A DNA stretch of 57,399 nucleotides, filler included, from Basidiobolus ranarum (lineage: Eukaryota), in assembly GCA_040143965.1 (NCBI GenBank). It is 4 parts of 4 records of this genome, joined end to end, with 100 filler letters (N's around TTAATTAATTAA, not from the genome) between each part and the next. Parts side by side here need not be neighbours in the genome. Positions count along the whole stretch, not along the records: positions 1 to 14,320 come from JASJQH010007306.1; positions 14,421 to 28,720 come from JASJQH010007307.1; 2 more parts are not named here. One strand, written 5' to 3'. Below are positions 12,875 through 25,700 of this stretch, in pieces. Both the position numbers and the translations under genes were made by a program. How positions within the stretch are numbered: the stretch's first letter is position 1; each line of letters opens with the position of its first letter. The notes beneath the pieces are model-generated. The model was not told the DNA's origin and made no database searches. It saw only the letters and a list, made by a program, of their open reading frames with translations.

Positions 12875-13410
12875 ACAACCTTTTCTGAATCGTCAGTTGC
12901 TGATAATAGTTGTCTGTATTATGCATTCTTTCCGTGTTGGTTTATCTTCGCCTCAAGAAGCTGGAGTTCAAGATCTTTGGATTTGAGGACATAGGTGTGA
13001 TGTTGTTCACGAAGCTCATACTGCTCCAAGAAACTTTTGAACTTCTCCTTCAACCTGTTAAATAATTGAATTTTAACTGACAATAAAGTGATGAAACATT
13101 TCAATACATACATATTATTATCCTCCACACGCTTTTTATTCTCTTCCGAATCCAAATCCATCTTTACTCTGATATCCTCAATTGCTTTTTCAAATTTCCC
13201 CGAAATTTGCTCTCGTTTTTTCTGCTCTTCATGGGCGATACGTGAACTCTCTTCCTTATGAAAAGAAGAAGTTTAATAAACTTGAATTAGTACAATTCAA
13301 ATAAGGCATTTTTACTCTACTTTGACTCGTATATTCTTGTTGTAATTCTCTATAGAAATTTTCAAGTTTACTTTTCATTTCGTTCGCTTTTTTGGTTTCG
13401 GTTTTCACTC
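12875..13410 (-). pseudogene. Taxilin-like coiled-coil gene fragment
   Basis: KSKLENFYRELQ.., LKEKFKSFLEQYELREQH..LKSKDLELQLLEAK. A frameshift lies in the ELQ-ENIRVK segment, there is a premature stop, and no 5' or 3' end is present. Confidence 0.7.
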
Positions 13411-14041
13411 AAATAGTTGATTGACAAAAAAATATCCCAGGTCAAATATAGTTCTCTTAACTTAGTTTGAGAGATAGTACCATTTCCTCGCCTTTAACTT
13501 ACAGAGATTTAAAGAGGGAAAGGATATAGGTGAGGGTGTGTGGAGGTATTTAGCTCGAGTTTCATTGGAGGGAGAGATAAAGTTTGCGATTCTTCACACC
13601 AAGTTGGATATTAAAAGAAATCTCGTGTTCATACCAAAGTAAAATATTTTTATTTTAACAAGGCCACCGGTTCCCCTTTCTCTAGGCCAGGTTGAAACAT
13701 ATCCTCCACCTCTTTCGTCACCTTTTTTTATCTTTTTAGCTAAAAAATAAAGTATAGTAAGGATAGAGAGTATAGATGGTTGTGGTCAACATTTTCCTTG
13801 ACACCCTTCTCATTTCAAATAGGTTACTAAAACTGAGTAAGTACCTAGAACTCTTTCTTCGTTTGCAACTATAGTAGAAATATTTTCAAATTGGACAATC
13901 TTGTATTGAAGTAGTTCATATTGGACTCGTGTGATTTACTTGAGAGTATCCCCCTGGTTTCTAGGTTGAATGAAAGGATTCTCTATTACGGAATGATTTA
14001 TTATGGATTGGTTTGTGGTTGCCTGTCTATGCAATGACTTG

Positions 14042-14320
14042 CTATAATAAGTAGTTTAATGCAACTATGAGCAATACGGAGTAACCAGTGATGATCGGAA
14101 TTTGTTGGGCATCGTTGGGACGAGAAGGATCATTAACACCAGACTGAGATGGTTGGTGGGTAGAACTTGACGATACAGTAGGGTTTAGAGTGGCTGTTGG
14201 TCCATTGGTAGAGGTAGTGATCCTGATACAATCGGCATTCACCACCGTCTTTTGAATCTCCCCTTGTGCCTGTACCGCTTTATCTTCTGGGCATAAATTA
14301 TAACAATTCAAAATATCCTT
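14042..14320 (-). CDS. C-terminal part of a Cys-containing, Ser/Thr-rich GPI-anchored protein (truncated by gap)
   Basis: CYNLCPED..C, Ser/Thr tract, hydrophobic tail ITGYSVLLIVALNYLL*. Confidence 0.6.
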   Translation of the reverse strand, partial: KDILNCYNLCPEDKAVQAQGEIQKTVVNADCIRITTSTNGPTATLNPTVSSSSTHQPSQSGVNDPSRPNDAQQIPIITGYSVLLIVALNYLL

Positions 14321-14420
14321 NNNNNNNNNNNNNNNNNNNNNNNNNNNNNNNNNNNNNNNNNNNNTTAATTAATTAANNNNNNNNNNNNNNNNNNNNNNNN
14401 NNNNNNNNNNNNNNNNNNNN
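14321..14420. other. Assembly spacer (N with TTAATTAATTAA linker)
   Basis: 100-nt N run containing a six-frame stop linker. Different genes are truncated on each side. Confidence 0.97.
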
Positions 14421-15152
14421 TGTTTGATGAGCTTGAGAGGGCAACAGTACGATAACCAAATTTATTGGCATATTGAATGGCCAGATGACCGAGACCACCA
14501 ATTCCCACAACAGCACATACATCTCCAGGTCTAAGATTGTTCATATTCCTCATGGAGTTATAGACAGTAATTCCTGCGCAAAGCAGAGGAGCAGCTTCTG
14601 CTGAGCTAAGCTCTTCGGGAATTCTACAACAAGCACTTTGTCTTGCAACCATGTATTGTGCGTAACCTCCGTCTTGGTATATTCCGGTAATCCAGTGTTT
14701 ATCACAATCAATGAAAGATCCACGACGGCATGCTTCACAATTTCCGCAATAACCGCCACTCCATCCCACACCAATACGCATACCTTCCTTATAAAGTGAA
14801 CAGACCTACATAATTAAAACAATGTAAATCTCAGTTCAAACTTTATACCAACTTCTCCTAAGCTACTTACATTTTCACCTAGTTTTTGAATTCTTCCAAC
14901 AACTTCATGACCAGGGACTCTAGGATAGCTCAATCCAGGCATAAGACTGTGCTTCAAAATACAATCACTAAAAGTACAATTTGTAAGCAACTATATATAA
15001 AGCAGCAAAGGATGGATGGCAGCATACCTATGACAAACTCCACATGCTTCTACTTTGATCAAGACTTCATCTGGTCCCGGTTGGGGAATGGGTCTCTCTA
15101 CCACTTCCAAGTCACTCTCGGGTTGATTAAAAACGGCACACTTCATAGACAT
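14421..15152 (-). CDS. Zinc-dependent alcohol dehydrogenase (MDR family), 3' end lost in gap
   Basis: EACGVCH, PGHEVVG, CGNCEACRRG..C, APLLCAGITVYN, GIGGLGHLA. Confidence 0.93.
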
Positions 15153-15309
15153 ACTGCGAGAAAAAGTTGTTGGAAATTTTCGCACAAGCGTTAGGATTAT
15201 ATGCAGGTGGCAAAAATACCGCAGCCGTCACCGCTTAGCCTTGTTTAGTCGTAAGCGTTTGGAAAGAGAATTTTTATGTGGCGCTCGACCTGGCAACGTA
15301 GCCCTGGAA

Positions 15310-15600
15310 AATAGCAACTGCGGAAGCCCAGCAACCTATCACTACGCATATGCCAATTTTTAGGCAAACTCCGCGCTTGGTAAATTGTCCGGAGTGCCGT
15401 ACCAAAAGTATTACGCGGACTCATACTACCATAGCAACTGTTTTTCTTACCCAGCTTATCAGTTCTTTTTCCATCTTATTCGGCGTAAACTTACCAAATC
15501 CAGCAATTCGGTCTCTTTGCTTTACTGATCGGTTATGTATTCGTGTTGATTAAACTAACTGGGCTATCATGTCGATGTTTCCCTGATAAGTAATCATAAC
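15310..15600 (+). pseudogene. Possible LITAF-like zinc-ribbon remnant
   Basis: PIFRQTPRLVNCPECRTKSITRT followed by a hydrophobic stretch and SCRCFP. No intact second HxCxxC knuckle. Confidence 0.3.
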
Positions 15601-17599
15601 ATGCATCAGGTACTAGCTTTATGCCATGTATAGTAAGCAAATATCCACGTGATACGCGAGTTTGATATACTTGAATAGCATGTGTGTCGGGGTTTCAACT
15701 ATATTATGATTCTTCTGATACAATGTATCATCATCTCTGCACCTCATGTTACGTTTCAATATATCAAGTCTTAAAGATGGTTACAATATTACATGCACTT
15801 TATCAAGGGAGCCCAAGGTTAATATACTACCTCTAGCCACCGCCTTTCGTCACTTGATGATTTACTAGCCATTTCGATCTAGTGGATGCTTCTTACAGAT
15901 TCATTAGACCACATGATGTTAACATGAATTTGGACTATCCAGGGTTAACGAACTGCCGAATTATTAAAGAGAAATAGCACCTCCAGAGTTGAAGGTTTTT
16001 TTTACTAGTTGACGAATTATCTACTGGATTTAGCCTTTCCGAAACATTCTATTCAGGATAGACCATCTATTTTGATTATATCTAATCGACTATACACTAA
16101 CTGTGGATGGAAAAAAAGCTTCAACAGGTTTGAACCCAGTCAGGATGCCCAGCTTCTTGGCGAGGCCAGAAATGTCTATAATAGGGGAATTTGGCACCTT
16201 GAAACCCGGAGCAGTGGTTACACAATACTCCAGACACCTCATACATACCTGGACATAATGCTTGAAACTAACCTCATGATGAACTACGACTATATTGCTA
16301 ATATTTCTTTTCTTTCCAATTCCTAAGAGACTCAGACCCAAGACAGCAGTAGTCAATAGCCCAACGAAGCGCACCTTTTTGAGAATAAAAATATAAAACA
16401 AAATACTCATTCCTGGCAATCAGGTTTTCTCTCCTTTGTGCCAGATTTGTTACATGATTGTATGTGTGGGTTTCTCAGATGACGATACTAGTGGAATTCT
16501 AGTCACTAAGATATCTTGAATTTGTGTTATATTGCGCGTAAATTGGATATAGAACTGATGAATTGTATCCTTCATGTATAATCTGATGCGTTGCAGCACA
16601 TATTTCAAACTAGTGACAGAATGATAGTTCAATTACGTAATAGCTCTTATTTTCTATGATGCAACAGCTCTAGCTCTGAAGCGCGATGGAGATTATTTAC
16701 TTGGATGCATTGATGTAGGGGATCCTGAAACCAATTATAGTTGATCAGAGAATTCAATACTTAGCAGATAAATGCATTCCTTGCGTTGGTTGATTGAAGG
16801 ATGTATGGACCTTCGCTCTATTTTGTTAGAACTACTATTAACAGAGGTACTTGGAAATAGACGGGAGACTGCAAACACCTCTGGGCTGAACAGCTCTTGT
16901 GCTCGATTTAACATGTTGGGCTGTTCGAAGATCACCAAAAACCATATATATATCAAAACCATCTCGTGGACATGATGTAAGTGTTACAACTTCAAACCCT
17001 CGGCGTGAGATATAGATTGGCGTCCTGGGCGCACCTCTACCCCTTGCAGTAGGATTTGCATGATTATATTCCCGATGTAGGGAGCTAGCTAGAAATTGAT
17101 TGATCACGGTTTGAGGACATCAGATTCGGTGTGATGGTCATCGTTTGGTTCAACAGCTTTTTTTGATCTACGCTGAAAGCGATTAAATCCATAGATTGCC
17201 TAAGCTATCCAATGGCTCAGTATCTGAGTGCTCTAGCGTTTCAGGAAGCGTTCAATCCGATCCGTCACTTGCAAGCAGAACCAAATCTATAGGCCCTCAC
17301 GAGACGTCTATGTATCCAATCAAAAATAGTACTTCCAATCACCAATTGTATTTTAAAGAATATTTCCTCCGACGCAGCATCATGTATGCTGAAGTAATAC
17401 TAATTTCTGGCATAACCGCTACTATTGTGCTCAGCTAATTCCCCCGTAAAATAAATCGCTTTATTAGACATATTAAGTGAAATCAATTCGTAAATATTAG
17501 GGGAATGAAGGATTCCGCAACACAAATATATATACAATGTATCAGACTTGAAAATGAGATGGCTGAGCACCAAGATCGACTACAGGAAACTCTGGCTAT

Positions 17600-19220
17600 T
17601 TACATACTGGTTAGAACCTTTTTATCATCGCGCAAAGGACATTCAGTAAACTGCTTCTGTGTTTGTTCGTACTGCGCTAGGAGCTCTGTTTCCCAATTAC
17701 ATTTATTAAACCAACTCTTGATTTTGTTAGGCCAAGTGACGTTCTCTCTTGAATAGGAGAATAGTAAGTCCAGTTGGCATTCGAAACTCCGGGGCAAGAT
17801 TGTTCGGTCTTTAGAAGAAGCTAATTCAGAATCCACTTCATACACCAACTGCCAAGATGAGCCTTGAGATATACTTTTCACATCCACATCTCTGATATCG
17901 AGATTAACAGTTCTAGAGAGTAAATTCGTTTGTTCATATTCCATTTGTATAGCGATAACTTTAGGTTTTGTAGTGTTCATTTGTAGGAGTATTGGCAGCG
18001 AGTGGTCTTTGCTTTCGAATTTGGTATACTGTAAATCCTGTATCTCTTTGAAGTCAAATTCCAAAGTTCGTCTTGAACCTTCTTGTTCAAGAATCACATG
18101 AAGTCGCTGCTTCCTCAGTCTTTTAGACAAAATTTCGATCGCAATATCTTGACAATCTGGGAAAGCACCAAGAACCGATACTAAATGATGAGATTCAGTG
18201 CGCTCCAGGACGTCAATAATCGTCTCTTTGGAGTATTTTTGGGTCACCTTTAGCAAGTGGTTACACATGTGGCGTGGCAGGATGTTATCAAAGAATAGGA
18301 AAAAAGATGAGTGTTCAGGTAAAGTCTTATTGTAGTCATTGTTTCCGAAATGTGGGTCATTTATACGTTTCGAAATCTGAAAATGGTCTATGAGCTGATC
18401 AACAGAGAAGGCGTAATATATTGATTTGGCTGAATCTATGAATATTTAAGTGTTCCCACCAAATCCAACATTATTTAACACATTATATCATGCTATACAA
18501 ATAGTGGAATCTGCATGCCTCATTTCACATCAATAAATGCTACATTATCGTATTTGCTCACATTCAAGTGATTTGACGATGAGGATTTCTTGATGTGGTA
18601 TGCATTGATGTACAGAGTCACACTTGACTGATTAACTGTGTATAGGTCTCAGAGGTCATCACATTGAATGTTGTACTTAGATGCACTCCTGAAGTAGTTA
18701 CACGGAGTACTGTCCAACCATCAAATAGGCTAATGAACCCTGGAATGACAAGTGAACCCCCCCCCACAACCAGTTCCACACCGCAGACTCAATAGACTGG
18801 CTTCTATTCGAACAGATATCACATGTCCTGTCGATACTTCAACCTTTCCTACGAACTCTGGTTTATTAAATCTCTACGTCTGAGTATATTCTGGATACTT
18901 GATTGGTTCCATATGCATTCAGCCATCTTACTTTATGTAACGATTGACTCTTGTCCCTCCACCTCTTTATGGAGAAGTGTTTGAGGTAAGATTTAGCATC
19001 TATCGAGCTAGCTTGAAAGCTCCACCAACGCGCATCTTCAGATCAATCCTAGGTTGGCGAAGTGGAAGGAGAAGCAAGCGGGATAGACGAATCAGAAATG
19101 TTCAAATAAACAGATTCATATATTATTCCAGAATCGTTGTTACCAATGGAGTGAGTATTTTTTGATTCACAAAATATTCGTTTGTTTCGTTCAATTTCAT
19201 CCTGTTTGATCCGCCACATA
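17600..19220 (-). pseudogene. Decayed multi-exon gene of unknown family with an intact ~280-codon last exon (17600-18435)
   Basis: The long stop-free frame is preceded by a YAG acceptor. Upstream coding-like frames are interrupted by TGA/TAG (..ARWWSFQASSIDAKSYL..; PI*WLDSTPCNYF..DDL*DLY..). Confidence 0.45.
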
Positions 19221-21164
19221 GATTATTAGTCCCATCTATCATAAATCTTATATCATTGGAGTGATTCCGCAGGCGCTTGATATCATTGTTTCTCCTTGAA
19301 CGGATGTATGCCCTTTACTGAGGACTAAGGAGAGTAGATAGAATTCCTCCAACTATAACATCAACAAAGACTCAAGTGCAGTCGAGATGACCGTATGTTC
19401 CAAGGGCCCATTAGTTTAGCCCATAGCCCATGGCGTAAAGTGTCAAGATGGCATAGTATTTTACATGGGATATCTCACGAATGGTCAGATCCTAGTGTAA
19501 ATTAAACAAATCAGGGGTTGATTGGGTGATTTTGACAGTCTCTTTGCATGAATGAATATCATGAGGGGTTTGATCCGGAACATATCACGTGATTATTACC
19601 ATGACTCACGATGGAATCTATGTAAGTTTCAGTCATCCACTTTGGGGACGCGATTACTATTGGCGCGATATTTAGTATATATCAAGATTTTTCTCGAAGA
19701 TAGTACTTGTTTCATCCAGCCCAAGGCTATCAGACCATGCCTCATATATTGTATTATATTAAAGCCTGCTGAAAGTGATCAGGTCAGATGGTGATTGCTA
19801 TATCCAATACCAAATATCCAAGTCTACGATTAAATGAAACAAAATTTATTGAATTGGAGTACTCACATGATGAGTCAGCGTCTCTGATCAATATAGGTTC
19901 TTAATGATCAATGAATATTTTAGTCGTCAGATCACAATCAGTCCCCTGGGAATATTGATCGATTTACATATGACCACGGGATATTGTGTGAAGTGCCTAA
20001 CCAAGAATAATCTAATCAGGTTCAATCTATTTATGGGTGGGTACAAGCTGGCTAGTATGAGCCAAAGAAATCCTGTATATTGCCAAGCTTCTGCATTGGT
20101 CCTGATCACCACGAGTTGGTCTAGAACTAAGGGCTATTATGTCAATTATCTTTACTATGCTGGTTCACGAATGCCGAGTCTACTAATTTGTTACCTAATC
20201 GCTACTATTAATAGAAGAAATCCTTGCTATAGGAGGCACAAATCAAGTGATACGAATTCCAGCTGTCATTACATATCGCCTTGCTAGTCCATCATCTCTC
20301 CAGCTACAACCACCTCCTTTTGATAAGGCAGTGTGGAGTTTTCCCACGCTAACTTACCCGGAAGCACAATGGCGTATTTGGGTTGGAGTAAAGGAACATA
20401 TATTTGTATCAAAGTTGAATATACATTGTCCACGAACAACATTCAATATCTAAGAGTTTCATTCAAACAGCACTAGTTTCTTCCAAACCATTATGTTCTA
20501 AATTAATCAAAGATATGTGAGAAAATGTTGTACGATAATTAAAGCAATAAATGAGAATTTCGTATCTAACAAATCATTGGTATCATGAGGGAAATTAAGG
20601 AGAATATATAAAACTCAATGGATATGGAATCAAATAACAAATAAATGTTCACTATCAAAAGTATTCCACAACCTCGGATTTTTTACAATTTACATGAGGC
20701 TAGCTTTACTTAGTTAATGTTACCATGAAGTTCTCCATCTTGATGTGCCAACTTCAAGTCGTTTACCTAGGGCGTGGGACTAATATTATCAAATCTAGCT
20801 GAATATTTGGTGTCACATAATATTGTTGATGTATTGATAAATGCTACTCTATATCAGTGTTATTGAAGCAGTGTAGCACATATGGTCAGTATTTTACTCG
20901 GGAAATATTTCGATGAAGTGAAGAAAAAAAGGTCGCATAACTATCTTGACCACATAAAACCTATACGATGGGTTGATTGAGTCTAGCATCCAAGTTCAAT
21001 GAAATAGAGCAAGTCATAATGCCATGATCGATAACAGCTATTAGAGTACCAGATAACATTGTTAAGAGGCATCTTTTCGTCCACGTTAGCAAGACACTAC
21101 GTCAACAAAATACGAGAACGAATTAGGAGGTGAGCGTGGAAGAATACCGAGAACTGAAGATTTA

Positions 21165-22673
21165 TCAATTAGAGATTTCTAACGAGTCGTAATGTACTAA
21201 AGCATTCATCACTGCGTGGTAATCTTCTTGGTTTACCTATAATGTGGTACATGTTAGTTTGAAAGTTCTCCAAATAAGAATAATCACAAAGTCTTACCAA
21301 AAGGTAATCGGTGTGATAGGTGGTAAGATAAAAGATAGAAATTCCCAGATTTTTGAGTCTTTCAGTGCAATCACGTACGATACCACATTGTTCTTGAAAT
21401 CTCTAGAGTTAGAGTCGTTTAAATAATATTCCATGTTAATGTGCAGAACATACCAAAGGCAAATGCCACATCTTCGATCTTAAGGATTGACCATGCTCCA
21501 CCGCAAAAGTTAAGACTACCGGGTGGAAACAAAGAAAGGCACGGTTCACTTAAAATTAGTGAAGCATTCTCCGAGGTACGTGTAAATGAGAAAAATCGAT
21601 CCCCCCGTTGTCTAAATATTAATTATATCATAAATGAACAATGCTAAGAAGAGTTGACACAAATGATGTGAATACCTATCATCACTAAAGAACAGTAGAT
21701 TGATCAATGGGATGGACATGGTGTCTTGAACCGCTTCTACACTTCCTGCCAATGATGTAACATACACTGGGCAGTCAGGAAAACTTACAACACGACGTAA
21801 GTTGGTAATCTGTTCAGAGGTAGCGATCTTCGATAGGAATTCCGAATCCGTCCATTGCTTTTCATTTGTAGCATCGCCATCTTGGAACTGATGAATTTGC
21901 ATAGATAAACTAGAGCCATTTACACTATTCCTTTTGGCTGTTCATTTTTCCAAGTTAATTTTTAGATGGTACTTAGGATATGGTATATAATTGCTTGGTA
22001 CCGTTAAAAAAAGGCGATTGAATATTGGATATCGCATCTTCGAATAACTGTGATTCGTCTCTAATGACAAATGTTGGAGGAAAACACGACAACGCTTTTT
22101 TAACAAGTTCTTCTGGAATCTAAACCACGTCAAGATATAAGTTATTGAGGTGTATATTGAGAGTAGAAATGTTAAATGACTAACCAAGGTATAATCTGTT
22201 TCGTACGTAGATAATTGAAGTATAGAAATGCCGTTATTAGCTAGTGGAACAGCAATAGAATGCAGCACGGGGACTTGTTGAGAAAAAAATCGGTTAATAA
22301 CAAAGATAAAGATATTACTACAGTGACTATGATTTGTACCAGTTCCACTCTGTCCAGTTTGAATTTGAAATGGAATGAATACTGTCGAGGAGACACCTAC
22401 TTTAGCTTCTGCAGGAAAGGTCTCAATCGCTGCTTCATCTATGATTAGGGAGATACTCGAGGGAGTTTCTGTAAAACTAAAAAACTCCTTCCCTCTAAAA
22501 AAAAGGAAAAAGTGTTATTTGTTTGACGAACGATGCAGGTATATCATTCAGCGTTACTCGTTGGGGAATAAAAGCAATTTGATGATCGTATGTGCGCATA
22601 TAGAGAGATTTTCCTTCGCGATTGAAGCGAGTTTGAGTCGATAAGGTAAAATACACACTTCTAAGTCCGACAT
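21165..22673 (-). CDS. CASTOR/GATS-like four-ACT-domain protein
   Basis: LEVCILPYRLKLASI..HTIIKLLLFP..FFSFTETP..ISLIID, SIAVPLANNGISILQLSTYETDY, PLINLLFFS..FFSFT, AFEQCGIV..ISIFYLTTYHTDY are colinear with human CASTOR1 motifs. Splices without stops. Confidence 0.85.
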
Positions 22674-22761
22674 TTGACTGAAAACATAAACTATTAGAAA
22701 GTTGACAGCTTCTTGGAGGCCTAAACTTAATTTTACACCCAACCCAAATTTGAAGCTGCGT

Positions 22762-22771
22762 ATCACGTGAT
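22762..22771. promoter_or_regulatory. ATCACGTGAT E-box palindrome upstream of the CASTOR-like gene
   Basis: Lies ~90 bp upstream of the start. The same 10-mer occurs at 2224-2233 and 19584-19593. Confidence 0.45.
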
Positions 22772-25700
22772 TTTAGGATTAATATGAGCTTTAGATATAT
22801 ATTGTGGTCATTTCCACAAATGAGAGAGAAATAAAGCTTCTAGATCCTGGAGTGGAGAAAAATCGGTTTTCTGATTATCGCGATTTGATATTACTGGGGA
22901 TTCTAATGTTTGAGTAACATAAAAAGCTTAATTAGAGCACATGGTTGAGGAATCGAAAAAAGTAATACTCTGGGAAAATATATGCTAAATGAAACTCTTG
23001 GCTTTCACACCTCAAATCTATGAGTTCATTAATTAGACTGACAAATGATCCTTCACCATCAAACTACATGTGCTTTATCGTGATAGTGTGGAGGCAAACT
23101 CAATAGTGAACAAAGGCAGGTGATGAAGTTTTTCTACCCAAGTTCTGCGGATTTGTCTTTTAGTTATTTCAAATATATAACCTTCATATATTAATTGTAA
23201 TTGGCATAAAGGGTCTGAATGTTCGAATTTTGTTCGTTTAGACACGAATTTAATGCTGTGACCATGCAAAGTATCCTCGAATTATGTATCATCTTTAGAT
23301 GCAACAACTTAATTTTTGTAGCAATATTGCGCATTATTGGAGTCACTCTGATTTCATCATGAGAATGTGAAGTTATATTTGATCAAAGTGCGCTTCAAAC
23401 GTTATTCTACGAGATACCAGAACAGCGACTGATCTATATAGAGCTGAGGGTCTAACTCCAGAGTAGCATCCTGCTATGAATCTTAGCAAACCTAATACCT
23501 GTGGGTAAGACTGTCCTTACCTAGTTGGAAAGTTTGGGAATTTCAACCTGACCATTAAATAGGTTTTAATGATATGTATTGACACATGCACACATCTTAA
23601 GCATACATATATTGTGTGAAATCAATAGTATGCAGATTCATAAAGTAAGCATGTATATCAATTTTCTATAAACTAACCAGAACTACACAGAACCTGAATA
23701 TTCACCTGGTAAATGTCAAGAATCATCAATATAAGTGTAAAAACACCATCTGAGGAGATTTTAGGATACATATGGACGGAACTCGCTTAGTGTAAATACT
23801 ATTGTAAACCTGATTGCTACTCTCTATCACTGCGAACTGAATGTGAGAGCGATATGGGGAACTTCAATCAATTTTCTAAAAGAAAGCATGAGATCATTGC
23901 CTATCTATGCCAAGGTTAAGAATATAGGAAAGAATAGTGCCAGAATCTAGTATTAATTATCAATCAACAGTCGCATCTGACCGGAAACGCTGATTGAGTA
24001 AAAATCCACATGTAACTCCAAAACTGACGGATACATATTTCATACATCACAAGGTTTTCACTATTTACCATGGCACTAGTTGTCACAAACACGCGATACG
24101 ACCAGCTCTCGTCCAATTTTAGAAAGTATACCGTTTTCTTACTGATCACAGTTTGCCTTAAAGTTGGCACATTTGTTTTGTTACACCTGCCCATAGGCTT
24201 TCACAACATTGCAGGCTAGTTTGATGGACAAGCTGTGATCGGAGCACAAACTCTGTATGTTAGTTAAGAGACAATATTTAATACTTAATTTGTAGCGAAT
24301 AAGCATGTGTGGTCGGAACGCTATACCGATTGCTTAACTCCCTTACTTAAAACTGATACTCAATATTTGAAACTTTTCAAATTCTGTATTAGGAGTATCC
24401 ATATCTGAAAATTAGAAAAAGTAGCCAGAATGCCGAGCTACTGTATCACATCACGATTGATTGGAGTAATAAATCCAAAGTTAACCTGGTAAGTTGACTA
24501 ATCAATCTATGCTAATATGGATTTGATTCACGGCTTGTGCCACCTAAAATTTATGATTTGATAGTTACTGGTTATGGGAGGGTGAAGAATTTGAAGTAAC
24601 AAGGTAATAATGCGATGATCTCGTGGTGTCACTATCTTGATCACTGAGAATCAGTAAATCTTCTGTGCGCCAAGAGGGTTCAACTATGGAATAAGCGTAA
24701 TGCCCAGCCGATTTCTGGAATCGATTAAGCCCCATGGCCCTCCCCCACCTTACCCCCTCACTCTCCTCCTATCGCCTACCCCGCCCCACATTCTTTCATC
24801 TCCGTTTTGGCTTACTTTCAAGAGGTATGACACGATTAACTTGTTCCAGCCGGAAGGTTTCTTGCAAATGACCCTCAATCTCAGATGGCTTGGCTTGATT
24901 ACCTCCATGCTATCACCTGCACATTCTATCATGTCATTATCTGCAGTTATGATTTTACTGAGGTGTGAGCGCTTTCAAATCACAGGTTACATGCTCTTTG
25001 AGCAACAAAATCAGCCAATGTTAGTCTCGATACTGGGCGGGAGATGATACTATTTCTAGTCATCGGACCCCATTCTAAAACTCGCCTTGTCAAAATGAGA
25101 AGCTTGCCTAAACCAGATTTCGCCGGGCTTGAGGAGGGTAGGGTGCAGTGATGAGGGGGTTGGAGGAGAAGAATGAGGATGAGGTCATACAGATTAATCA
25201 TAGTCAATATTTGCCAGCAGGTTTACTTAGAAATGGATTAATCATGTGATCCGTAATTGATTATGAAATGGAGTAGGGGAGGGGAGGGGAGTCAAGGGAC
25301 CTGTTAAACCCAGGTTGATTGTAAACACAACTGACTTCACTAGTGTCACTGTGCCGAGCTTTAGTGTGAATTGTGATCTCGGATGCAAATCATGTTCACC
25401 ACTTCGTAGCCACTAAGCAGTCGACATAGTCATCGTGGCCATTTTTCCAAAAGCAGTGGATGCATCGTGGTGTCCTTTATGGGTCGCATTAACAGCCAAA
25501 AGCACAAACAAAAGTTACATTTAGCACGTAACTCGTGCTCCGCAGCGGCTGAGTTCTGATCAAGGGTGTATCTGTTGAGAAACCAAAGCACAAACACTCC
25601 AATTTTATCTCATCGTTTTACAAATTCGCTAGCAAACGGAGACCGAGTATTTGGATGATCTTGGGGATCAGCATTCGCAGCGATGATTCTCATTCATCTT

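Noticed and set aside
14365-14376. TTAATTAATTAA palindrome inside N runs (also in the other two gaps)
   Set aside because: Artificial six-frame stop linker added during assembly, not biological.
24700-25300. Structured ncRNA (telomerase/RNase P/SRP) or the short ORFs in the C-rich/G-rich island
   Set aside because: No recognisable conserved motifs or template, complementarity is only low-complexity, and the ORFs lack coding character.
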